Below are positions 38,621 through 47,094 of a stretch of DNA of 64,000 nucleotides, one piece after another. A program made the translations under genes and the position numbers. Numbering within the stretch: position 1 is the stretch's first letter; every line of letters starts with the position of its first letter. Under the pieces are notes generated by a model. The model had not been told where the DNA came from. It made no database searches and was given only the letters and a program-made list of their open reading frames with translations. Source of the stretch: Candidatus Eiseniibacteriota bacterium (GTDB taxonomy: Bacteria > Eisenbacteria > RBG-16-71-46 > SZUA-252); assembly GCA_963724515.1 (NCBI GenBank), contig CAVRUU010000003.1, forward strand, positions 643,593-707,592, read 5' to 3'.

Positions 38621-41335
38621 TTAGTACCGTTGACGCCAGGCGCGTACGGTGAGTTTCCGTACCGAGGCGCTGATATCCTGGGTCATCATCGTCGTGTTGG
38701 AGTTCTGGAAGATGATCGCCCCGTTCGCGAAGTCGACGGCGGGGTTCGACAGGATTCCGTCGCCCTTTGAGTCGATGCGACCGGCAGTCACGTTGTTTTC
38801 CGACCCGTCCTGATTGTCCTTCCCCGAGCCGTCATTGAAATCGAGGCTGTAGAGCCACGACTCCCCACCGGACTCGCAGGATCCGTTCTTGGGGCGGAAC
38901 GACGTCACGTAGAAGGTCCCCGCAGCGATCGTTCCCGCTCGAACCACGCGCTCGCCGCTGCTTTGGACGAGGTCGACGTACCATCCTCGGTCAGCGCCGG
39001 TCAGCGCCGTGATGCTGTTCGTCTGATTGACCAGACTCGCCCGCGTGAGGGCAGGACCCGAGTAGGTATCGAAGAGCCCGTAGATCGTTTGCGATGAGGT
39101 CGTGGACAGGTCCGCGTTGGTCAGGTACTTGCCCGTGCCAAAGTAGACAAGGACGCGACCCTGCTCGTCCATGCTCAGAGCCGGCGCCGCCTGGATCGGC
39201 TGGGCGTTGCTGAAGAGCTGGGCTACGGTCCAAGGATTGGTCTTGACGTCGACGCGCCACACACGCCCCGCGAGGTCGCCGACATAGAGCAGGTCATCGT
39301 ATCCGTCGAAGTCCTTGTCCAACACCGTGGCGGCCGTCGCCATGTTGGGTATGACAGCCGACCCGAGATTGTATGTCGCCAGGACCGATCCGTTGGCTGG
39401 GTCCAGGGCCAAGATGGACGCCTGGCCGGTCAAAGAGTCGAGACCCGTGCTGGCAGCCAGGACGAACTTGTCGAGGGTCTTGTCACGAACGAGCGCCGGG
39501 CGGTTCCAGGATCCCTTGAGCAGAGGCAGGTTGACATCCCAGAGAACGCTCACGTTGCCGGGCGTTGGATCGGTCACATCGAGCGCGAAGAGGCCGCTGC
39601 CGCCGCGCTCCTGCCCGCCGATCAGGACCGTCTTCCAGCTCCCATTGATGTAGATGTCGTAGACCGCCGACGCCATGTTCACGAAATACTCATGGCAGTA
39701 AGACGGGCTCATCAAGTCCTTCAGCTTCGACAGCTGATTCTTCGGCACGTAGGCCCAGCTCTCGGTTCCGTCCGAAGCCTTGAAGCAGTGAAGCATGCCG
39801 TCGTTGGCTCCCACGTAGAGCACCTCGGTCCGCCCGGCGTTGGCCGACCGGAACGCGGGATACGAGAGGAAGTCATGGAACGAAGCGGGCTTCCCGATCG
39901 TGATCGGAGAGGAATCGACGACGTCACCGAGCTTCCAATCGTCCCGATCACGGTAGCCCGCGAGATCCGTTCCGCGCGTGTAATCGATGATGTTCGTAGC
40001 CGCCGCGACATCGGCCGCTCCGAGCAGGACCTGGAGCGCAGCGGCATTACCCGTCGTGAAGTTCACCTTGTTCAGGCCGGTGGATGACGTGTAGATGGTG
40101 CGGGTGTTTGGCGCACGGCTCTGGAGGAGCGCGCCCGCTTCCCACAGAGGCGAGTTTCCGGTCGTGTACGGCAACGCGAACGACTCCACGAATCCCCTCC
40201 ATGAGACCGATTCGTACCTAGCGCGATAGAGCCGGTTGTTCGTCTGATCCTCAGCGGATACCACGGACACGGCCGTACCGGCCGACACCTTCTTGTCGAT
40301 CTCGGCCAGCGCCTGGGTCAAGGATGCGGTCAACTGGGCCGTGTTCCTGGCGCTGTACAGCAGCCCGCCGCCGAAGTCGGCCACGTTTTGCAAGATCGGC
40401 GCCGTGATGTTGAACCCGACGACATAGGTCGTGATGTTCTGCATTCCGCTCAGGTCCGCCCGCATGTCGTTCCGGTACAGGTAGTACGAGACACCCTCGA
40501 CGTAGTTGGTGCACTTATAGCTGTCCGGGAATGGCGCGCCAAGACTCGTGCAGGAACCGGGGGCGTCGCCGCTGCCGTCGGCGTCCTGCAGATACGCCGG
40601 CACATTCTCATCCCTCGTGGGGTGCCCGTCCGTCACGAGGAGGACGAACGGCTTCTCGCAGGCGGCCTTGAGAGGCGCGCTCGCGCCCGTGCTCTTGAAA
40701 TAGTTCATCGCGTCGACCATGTTCTCGGCAAGCGGAGTATACGCGTCGGCACTGATCCCGTTCACCGCGGCCTGAAGCGTCGCCACGCTGCTGCCCATCG
40801 GGGCGATCAGGGTTCCACCATTGTCGAAGTTGAACCTCTGGAGACCGAACGCAACATTGGTCGAAGCACTCGCGATCACGCTGTTCACCACCTGCTTCGC
40901 CACCTGAATCCGGGTCACCGCTGGAATCTGGGCCCGCTGGGTCGCGTCCGCCGTGAAGTAGATCCAGTTCAGATAGTTCCCGTCATACCAGGCATCGTCC
41001 CCTCCGTCGCTGTCCACCAGATAGGCGGAGGGCGTATTCGGCCAGGAATTGTTGAAGCTCTTCGGCGTCTTGTTGCCGTCGCTCGAGACGAGGTAGACCT
41101 GGTCGCTGGTGAAGTTCCCCGGGTAAGTCACCGTGTCGTCGTAGTCGTCGTGGTACAACGGGGCGTTCATGCTGGCAGAGTTGTCGAAAATGATGAGCAC
41201 TTTCGCCTCTCCGACCGTCCGTACGATCGGCAGCGGAATGTCGCATGACCCGGCAATCGAGTCGGTGGGTACCACAGCGACCGCGAATCCCGCGATCGCC
41301 AATCCAGCTGCAAAAAGAAGAAGTCTCGCCTTCAT
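38621..41335 (-). CDS. pilY1: Type IV pilus tip adhesin PilY1 family (N-terminal vWA-like domain + C-terminal beta-propeller)
   Basis: Signal peptide; MIDAS 'VLIIFDNSASM'; C-terminal region with 'YVGANDGMLHCFKASDGTESWAYVP', typical of the PilY1 propeller; 904 aa. Confidence 0.75.
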   Translation of the reverse strand: MKARLLLFAAGLAIAGFAVAVVPTDSIAGSCDIPLPIVRTVGEAKVLIIFDNSASMNAPLYHDDYDDTVTYPGNFTSDQVYLVSSDGNKTPKSFNNSWPNTPSAYLVDSDGGDDAWYDGNYLNWIYFTADATQRAQIPAVTRIQVAKQVVNSVIASASTNVAFGLQRFNFDNGGTLIAPMGSSVATLQAAVNGISADAYTPLAENMVDAMNYFKSTGASAPLKAACEKPFVLLVTDGHPTRDENVPAYLQDADGSGDAPGSCTSLGAPFPDSYKCTNYVEGVSYYLYRNDMRADLSGMQNITTYVVGFNITAPILQNVADFGGGLLYSARNTAQLTASLTQALAEIDKKVSAGTAVSVVSAEDQTNNRLYRARYESVSWRGFVESFALPYTTGNSPLWEAGALLQSRAPNTRTIYTSSTGLNKVNFTTGNAAALQVLLGAADVAAATNIIDYTRGTDLAGYRDRDDWKLGDVVDSSPITIGKPASFHDFLSYPAFRSANAGRTEVLYVGANDGMLHCFKASDGTESWAYVPKNQLSKLKDLMSPSYCHEYFVNMASAVYDIYINGSWKTVLIGGQERGGSGLFALDVTDPTPGNVSVLWDVNLPLLKGSWNRPALVRDKTLDKFVLAASTGLDSLTGQASILALDPANGSVLATYNLGSAVIPNMATAATVLDKDFDGYDDLLYVGDLAGRVWRVDVKTNPWTVAQLFSNAQPIQAAPALSMDEQGRVLVYFGTGKYLTNADLSTTSSQTIYGLFDTYSGPALTRASLVNQTNSITALTGADRGWYVDLVQSSGERVVRAGTIAAGTFYVTSFRPKNGSCESGGESWLYSLDFNDGSGKDNQDGSENNVTAGRIDSKGDGILSNPAVDFANGAIIFQNSNTTMMTQDISASVRKLTVRAWRQRY

Positions 41336-41337
41336 GA

Positions 41338-41784
41338 TCAGTAACCCTCCTTATACAAGCGCAACGCACCCACTTCGATTGCCGCTTCTGATTGCTGCAC
41401 GCTCGTCCCGCCGGCATCGATGCGATACTCGAAGTCCTTGTATTCGAGGCTCCAGCCCGGACGAAAGTGCTTCCGTACGTATGCAACGTCGAACTTGTAG
41501 TTCTGGTCGGTCGTCAGCGGGACGTATCCGGCGGCGATGTAGACGTGGTTCTGACCGTCCAGGAGGCCCGGCGGGTTCAGCTGGGTCCGAACCCAGTTGA
41601 TTCCGGCCTCCCCCGCCGCGTCCGCGGAGTAGAAGGCGCGGTTCTGGGTGACGGTCGCGAACTCCGACTTCTTGTTCGACACGGCGAGCGCCACGATGAT
41701 GAGGGCAATGCCGGTCAGCACCACCAGTACGCCCATCGCCAGAACGAGCGCGGACCCGCGTTCGTCCGCCAGACGCCTTGACAT
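41338..41784 (-). CDS. pilX: Type IV pilus minor pilin PilX-like
   Basis: 'MSRRLADERGSALVLAMGVLVVLTGIALIIV' N-terminal hydrophobic segment typical of PilX. The track ORF starts 12 codons earlier (41820). Confidence 0.6.
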   Translation of the reverse strand: MSRRLADERGSALVLAMGVLVVLTGIALIIVALAVSNKKSEFATVTQNRAFYSADAAGEAGINWVRTQLNPPGLLDGQNHVYIAAGYVPLTTDQNYKFDVAYVRKHFRPGWSLEYKDFEYRIDAGGTSVQQSEAAIEVGALRLYKEGY

Positions 41785-41820
41785 CTTGTGCGCTCCCCTT
41801 GTGTGCGAGTGTGTTTGCAT

Positions 41821-42408
41821 CTACATGTTCCTGAGGGCGATCCGTGTGTTCAGGGTGATCGCCATCGAGTCCCTGTCTTGAGCCGTGACCGTGAGCCCGA
41901 CGGCACGCACCCGTGCCGCGTTGGTCACGCTCAGGGGCAGCGGGCCGAGGACCGCGTTGGTTCCATCGAAATAGGTGAGCGTCATGGCACGCACATTGGG
42001 CATGACGACTTGGGCACCCGAGCCGGGATTCCGGAGAATCGCCTTCGCGGCAGCGTCGTAGTTGTAGGTCACGTCCTCGGACGGCTCCGCGGTTTGGATG
42101 ACCCCGTCGCCGTTGAGATCGGCGCGAATGTGAACCATGCTCGCTTGCGCAGCCACGAGACCGGCGAGGCCGATTTGCGGTTCACCGGGATCCGCGCCTG
42201 CCTGGCGCAATTCCATCTCCATGAGGGACAGACCCCGCCGGGCGTTCATTTGCACTCCGGCGAGGCGAGACGTCTTCCCATGAAGGCGAGAACTTGCGAG
42301 CGTGATCTTCATGACGGTAGCGAGCACGAGCCCGAGGATCGTGACGACGACCATGAGCTCGACAAGAGTCATGCCGGAGCTGAGGCGGTTGTGCTTGGAG
42401 TTTCGCAT
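41821..42408 (-). CDS. pilW: Type IV pilus minor pilin PilW-like (prepilin-type N-terminus)
   Basis: Prepilin leader + 'GMTLVELMVVVTILGLVLA'. The track ORF starts at 42477; the internal start at 42408 gives a 12-aa leader ending in G. Confidence 0.6.
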   Translation of the reverse strand: MRNSKHNRLSSGMTLVELMVVVTILGLVLATVMKITLASSRLHGKTSRLAGVQMNARRGLSLMEMELRQAGADPGEPQIGLAGLVAAQASMVHIRADLNGDGVIQTAEPSEDVTYNYDAAAKAILRNPGSGAQVVMPNVRAMTLTYFDGTNAVLGPLPLSVTNAARVRAVGLTVTAQDRDSMAITLNTRIALRNM

Positions 42409-42416
42409 GGCCTCTC

Positions 42417-42791
42417 TCATCGCATTGAAATCAGGTTGCGGAGCAGAAGGGTGCGCGACGCGCCCTTCTCGGTCCAAGTGACGGTCACGTCCACCTGCCT
42501 GAGACCCGGCGCCACGGTGGTCACGATGGTCTTCCAGTTGAGTCCGCTTACGACGCCGGAGTCAGTTACAGCAGCCGTGTAGCCGGCGCCGACGACCGCT
42601 TCCATCTGCCCCTGCGCGATGCTCAACGCTCGTGTGTCCTGTCCGGTGGCGACCACGGCCCGGGTGGACACGGTCTGCACGGCCGCGATGGGCAGGATCC
42701 CGATCCCGATGATGATCATCGCGATCATGAGCTCGACGAGCGTGAATCCCTCCTCATCGATGCCCGCAAGCCTCGTGCGCGTCCTAGTCAT
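42417..42791 (-). CDS. pilV: Type IV pilus minor pilin PilV-like
   Basis: 'MTRTRTRLAGIDEEG|FTLVELMIAMIIIGIGIL' prepilin N-terminus. Confidence 0.65.
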   Translation of the reverse strand: MTRTRTRLAGIDEEGFTLVELMIAMIIIGIGILPIAAVQTVSTRAVVATGQDTRALSIAQGQMEAVVGAGYTAAVTDSGVVSGLNWKTIVTTVAPGLRQVDVTVTWTEKGASRTLLLRNLISMR

Positions 42792-43260
42792 GCGACAAGC
42801 TCCCGTTGGCGGCGACCAGGACGGTCGTGGAATCGCCTATCCCGCACACCGTGACGGCAACGGGGACGGAAAGACCCCAGGAGAAGAACGTGGCCGGACC
42901 GCCAGCCGTACAGACCATGCCAGACGGCATGGAGCGGGTGAGGATGTTCGCAGGGGGAGCCACCTGGGAAATGGTGTACGTGGCCCCGGCGAACGCGATT
43001 TGGTACGTCTTGCGCCGCATCGTGGCGAGGGAATGGGCATAGTCGAGGTCGCCCATCAACGTGTTCGTCGCGCCTTGGAGTTGAGTGGAGCGCATGAAGC
43101 GTGCGAACTTCGGCACGCTGACAGCGAGGACAATGCCCACGACGACCATCACGACCATGAGCTCGACGAGCGTAAGACCCATCGAGTCGAGTCGCCCGTG
43201 ACCCCACAGAACACGTGGGCTGCGAGCAGTTTGGTTGCGCATGACACGGAGAGAATGCAA
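42784..43260 (-). CDS. fimT: FimT/FimU/GspH-family minor pseudopilin
   Basis: '...DSMG|LTLVELMVVMVVVGIVLAVSVPKF' prepilin N-terminus; first gene of the minor-pilin operon. Exact start uncertain. Confidence 0.6.
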   Translation of the reverse strand: MHSLRVMRNQTARSPRVLWGHGRLDSMGLTLVELMVVMVVVGIVLAVSVPKFARFMRSTQLQGATNTLMGDLDYAHSLATMRRKTYQIAFAGATYTISQVAPPANILTRSMPSGMVCTAGGPATFFSWGLSVPVAVTVCGIGDSTTVLVAANGSLSHD

Positions 43261-43612
43261 GTGTCGTGCCGCGACAGCACTTACGTTCGGGATGCCTCGT
43301 TCCTATAGCGCGGGATGGGCAAGCGAACGTTTGGCAAGGGAGATGGCGCCGATCGAACTCTCCAGGCCGTCCGAGCCTGGGGAAATTTAGGGACTGCGTG
43401 GTCCGATCCGACCACGCCAAGTCCGCGGAGTGCTTGCGGATTGCGAACCGCCAGGGAAATGTCGCCGATCGCACGCTCCGGCTGCCGACGCGGCCACCCT
43501 GATAAAGCCTCCTCGAGTCGACAATCCTATCGGCGCGATGCGGCGCTCTTTACCCTCCAGGGTAGACGCGCCGCCATCGGCCAAATCTTCCGGCAACTTT
43601 CGAGCCCGGTGC

Positions 43613-44812
43613 CTACCTTTTGAACCGCGCCGCCTCATCGGAGCCGCCGGTCACGTTCCCGGCGCTGTAGGAATGCGCTCCCGCGCCCGCCAGCTCTCCG
43701 CCGGAAACGATCAGATACTCCTCCCGGATGGGCCGGCCCTCGAACCAGCATTCCAGAATCTCGCGCACGCCCGCGGCGTAGCGCGCCTGGGCCGAGAGGC
43801 TCGTGCCGGACACGTGGGGTGTCATCCCGTGGTGCGGCATGGTCCTCCATGGGTGGTCCTTGGGCGCCGGCTGGGGAAACCAGACGTCCCCCGCATAGCC
43901 CGCGAGTTGTCCGCTCTTCAGCGCCCGCGCGATCGCCTCCCGGTCGCAGATCTTCCCCCGCGCCGTGTTGACCAGGTAGGCGCCGCGCTTCATCTTCGCG
44001 ATTAGCGCGTCGTCGAACAGGTTCTCGGTCTCCGGATGAAGCGGCGTGTTGATGGTGACCACGTCGCAGACCCGGACGAGAGATTCGGCATCGGGATGGA
44101 ACGTGGCTCCCAGTTCCCGCTCGACCTCTGTGGAAAGCCGATGCCGATCCGTGTAGTGCAGCTTCACATCGAACGCCTTGAGCCGCCGGAGCGCGGCCGT
44201 GCCGATGCGGCCCGCGCCGACCGTACCCACCGCCATTCCCTCGAGGTCATACGAACGTGAAACGCAGTCCGCGATGTTCCATCCGCCGTTCACGACCCAT
44301 TGATATGACGGGATGTAGTTGCGCACCAGAGCCAGGATCATCATGACGATGTGCTCCGAAACGCTGATGCTGTTGCAGTAGGTGACCTCGGCGACCGTCA
44401 CTCCTCGATCGATGGCGCTTTGCAAATCCACGTGGTCGGATCCGATCCCCGCCGTGATCGCCAGCTTGAGCTTCTTCGCCTTGGCGATGCGCTCCGCGGT
44501 CAAATACGCCGGCCAGAACGGCTGTGAAATCACGATCTCGGCGTCGGGCAGCTCCCGCTCGAAAGCGGACTTTGGGCCGTCCTTGTCGGCGGTGACGACC
44601 AGTTTGTGTCCCTGGGATTCGAGGAACTTGCGGAGGCCCAGCTCTCCCGAGACGCTGCCGAGAAGCGCCCCTGGCTTGAAATCGATTCGCTTGGGGCTCG
44701 GAACCGACTGTCCGTCCGGATAGCGCTTGATCTCGGGGATTTCGGTCAGGGGATAGGAAGTCGGATATCCCCCCTTCGGATCGTCGTACAGCACACAGAG
44801 TACGGTGGCCAT
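43613..44812 (-). CDS. fdh: NAD+-dependent formate dehydrogenase (D-2-hydroxyacid dehydrogenase superfamily)
   Basis: Near-textbook FDH sequence: 'MATVLCVLYDDP', 'ISQPFWPAYLT', 'GSDHVDL', 'GTVGAGRIG', 'YAGDVWFPQPAPKDHPWR', 'GMTPHVSGTSL'. No in-frame TGA, so not a Sec enzyme. Confidence 0.92.
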   Translation of the reverse strand: MATVLCVLYDDPKGGYPTSYPLTEIPEIKRYPDGQSVPSPKRIDFKPGALLGSVSGELGLRKFLESQGHKLVVTADKDGPKSAFERELPDAEIVISQPFWPAYLTAERIAKAKKLKLAITAGIGSDHVDLQSAIDRGVTVAEVTYCNSISVSEHIVMMILALVRNYIPSYQWVVNGGWNIADCVSRSYDLEGMAVGTVGAGRIGTAALRRLKAFDVKLHYTDRHRLSTEVERELGATFHPDAESLVRVCDVVTINTPLHPETENLFDDALIAKMKRGAYLVNTARGKICDREAIARALKSGQLAGYAGDVWFPQPAPKDHPWRTMPHHGMTPHVSGTSLSAQARYAAGVREILECWFEGRPIREEYLIVSGGELAGAGAHSYSAGNVTGGSDEAARFKR

Positions 44813-44967
44813 TGGAGGTCACTCCTTTCTTCCATCGAGGGGGTACTGGCGAGAGGGTGGATTGTGGCCCCACGCGGCCCTGCGGCGCAATACTAATGGG
44901 GAGCCTGGGCGCGTGGAGCCCGTTTCAACCTCATGCTCTTCGATCGTAAGATGGCGCAGAGGGAGGA

Positions 44968-47094
44968 TTGCGAGTGGGTAGTCGCACAGATCGACTGATC
45001 GGCAACCGGCTCCTCATCGGCCTGATGATCGTGGCCCTGGCCGTCCGGCTCTGGGGGATCGCGGACCGTCTGCCGGATCCCACGCTCGGTCTCAACCCGA
45101 TCATCGGCGACTCTTCCGTCGATGAGGGGGACCGGCGGGCGATGTCCTACGCGTGGGAGATGTGGCACGGAGGAACGCACGCCCTCGACTTGAATCCCAG
45201 AACGGGCGACTGGCCCGGTCTGCCCTTCCACGTCACCCTCGGACTTCAGTTCTTGTACCGCACGTGCTACTCGATCGCGCACGGAGGCGTCACGGCGGAG
45301 GGATTCGCGCGACACGTCGCGGCCGATCCGGCTGGGATGTTCCTCTTCGCGCGGTTCTTCAATGCCCTGATCGGCGTGCTTACCATATTTCTGACCTACC
45401 GCCTCGGTGCCCTGCTCGGCGGGAGGCGACTGGGGTTCATTTCGGCGCTTCTATTGACCTTCAATCCCTTTCACATCCTGATTTCTCAGCGCGTCGCCGA
45501 TCCCAACTTGCTCGCGCTCATGTTTGTCCTGTTTGCGGCCATTCTCCTCGTAGGCGAAGGCAAGGAGCATGGCTGGCGCGTGCCGGCGACGGCCGGCGCG
45601 ATGATCGGTCTCGCGGGAGCGTCCAAGTACGTACCGCTGGTCTTGATCCTCGTCCTGGTGCTCGCCAACATCGACCGGACCGAGGGGCATTCGCCTCGCG
45701 CCCTGCGCATTCGTTGGCGCGGGATGGCTGTGGGGCTTCTGGCGTCGCTGCTCGCCTTCTCGCTCGCGTCGCCGTACACGCTGCTCGACTGGAGCGCCAA
45801 GACTCAGGATTTGCAATTGCAGCGCGGGCGGCTGCTCGGTGAATGGGTCGGACTGTCCGAGTCCGGCGTTTCGCTCCCCACATACCTGGTTCGCACACTC
45901 CCGCACATGCTTGGCTGGCCGTCCTATCTCCTCTCGGTTGCCGGGTGCGCCCTTCTCTTTGCTCGCCGGCCGCGGGGGTGGGTCGTGCCGCTGATCCCTG
46001 TCGTGCTGCTCCTCCCGACCGGTCTTCTTGCCGTGGCGCAGGAACGTTTCATGGCGCCGGCCCTCGGGTCCCTCATCGTTGCTGCCGCGTACACCATCGT
46101 CCGAACTGCGTCTTGGTGGAAGGAGCGTTTCGCGGCGCCGGCGGGAGCGGCGCGCGTGGTGACGGCAACAGCGCTCATGCTCCCGATGGCCGTCTCCATT
46201 GTCTGGACCGCTCCTGAGTATCTACGCACCCGCGAGGCGCTCCGCCTGCCCGACACAAGGCATCTCGCGCATCGGTGGATCGAGGCCTCGATCCCACGCT
46301 CCGAGCCGATTGCGGTGGATCTGTACGGCCCCGAGTTCAACCCGGAGAGGGGCGGAAGGCTGGCTCTCCTATGGCCGTTCCTGGCGACGCAAGCCGTTTA
46401 CGTTCGAGCTGCCTACCATCCCGAATGGCTCGATGGTCTTCGCTATTACGTCACATCGGAGGAGATCTTCCGTCGCTTCGTGGCCGCTGCCGATCGCTAC
46501 CCGGATGAGGTGGCATTCCATCGGTGGATTCGGTCGCGCGGTACCCTCGTCTGGACGACGGATTCGAAGGCCGCTTCAGGCCCGAGGATCGACGTCTGGA
46601 CACTCCCGGAGCGCATCAGCGATCGTGAGCAGCGCGACCGGCTGTGGGATGAGGCACTTCGGAAGCCGATGTACGAGCTGCGACTCGCTCACTGGTGTCG
46701 GGACATGGGGATGGTCTTCCTGAAGCGGGACCAATACGCCCGAGCCGAAGAATGGGCCACGCGCGGGCTGACCGTCCGAGACCGCGCGTTCCGGAAGGAC
46801 CTGTTCGAGACCCTGGCGCTCGCACAGGTCCGGCTCGGAAGGGCTTCGGAAGCCGCGGCGACAGCGCGCGCCGGATTGAATGATTTTCCGGAGTCACCGT
46901 TTCTTCACTTGGACTACGCGATGGCGCTGGAGGCTCTATCCAGGAGGGACGAGGCGATCGTCGAGTATCGCGCTGCGCTCCGGTTCAGCTCCAATGCGAG
47001 CGCGGCGAAAATGATCCAGACTCTACTGGCCAGACTCGAGGGCCCCCGGCCTCATGCGGCGTCGAGACCTACCTTCCGGAGCAATGCCAGGTAG
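44968..47094 (+). CDS. GT39-family (ArnT/PMT-like) membrane glycosyltransferase fused to C-terminal TPR repeats (708 aa)
   Basis: ~11 TM helices with large loops, N-terminal region typical of dolichyl-phosphate-mannose / undecaprenyl-phosphate glycosyltransferases, C-terminal TPR repeats. Confidence 0.7.
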   Translation: MRVGSRTDRLIGNRLLIGLMIVALAVRLWGIADRLPDPTLGLNPIIGDSSVDEGDRRAMSYAWEMWHGGTHALDLNPRTGDWPGLPFHVTLGLQFLYRTCYSIAHGGVTAEGFARHVAADPAGMFLFARFFNALIGVLTIFLTYRLGALLGGRRLGFISALLLTFNPFHILISQRVADPNLLALMFVLFAAILLVGEGKEHGWRVPATAGAMIGLAGASKYVPLVLILVLVLANIDRTEGHSPRALRIRWRGMAVGLLASLLAFSLASPYTLLDWSAKTQDLQLQRGRLLGEWVGLSESGVSLPTYLVRTLPHMLGWPSYLLSVAGCALLFARRPRGWVVPLIPVVLLLPTGLLAVAQERFMAPALGSLIVAAAYTIVRTASWWKERFAAPAGAARVVTATALMLPMAVSIVWTAPEYLRTREALRLPDTRHLAHRWIEASIPRSEPIAVDLYGPEFNPERGGRLALLWPFLATQAVYVRAAYHPEWLDGLRYYVTSEEIFRRFVAAADRYPDEVAFHRWIRSRGTLVWTTDSKAASGPRIDVWTLPERISDREQRDRLWDEALRKPMYELRLAHWCRDMGMVFLKRDQYARAEEWATRGLTVRDRAFRKDLFETLALAQVRLGRASEAAATARAGLNDFPESPFLHLDYAMALEALSRRDEAIVEYRAALRFSSNASAAKMIQTLLARLEGPRPHAASRPTFRSNAR

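Noticed and set aside
43613-44812. Possibility that the formate dehydrogenase is a selenoprotein or part of a larger Fdh complex
   Set aside because: Sequence is the soluble NAD-dependent single-subunit FDH type with no in-frame TGA and no adjacent Fe-S or molybdopterin subunits.
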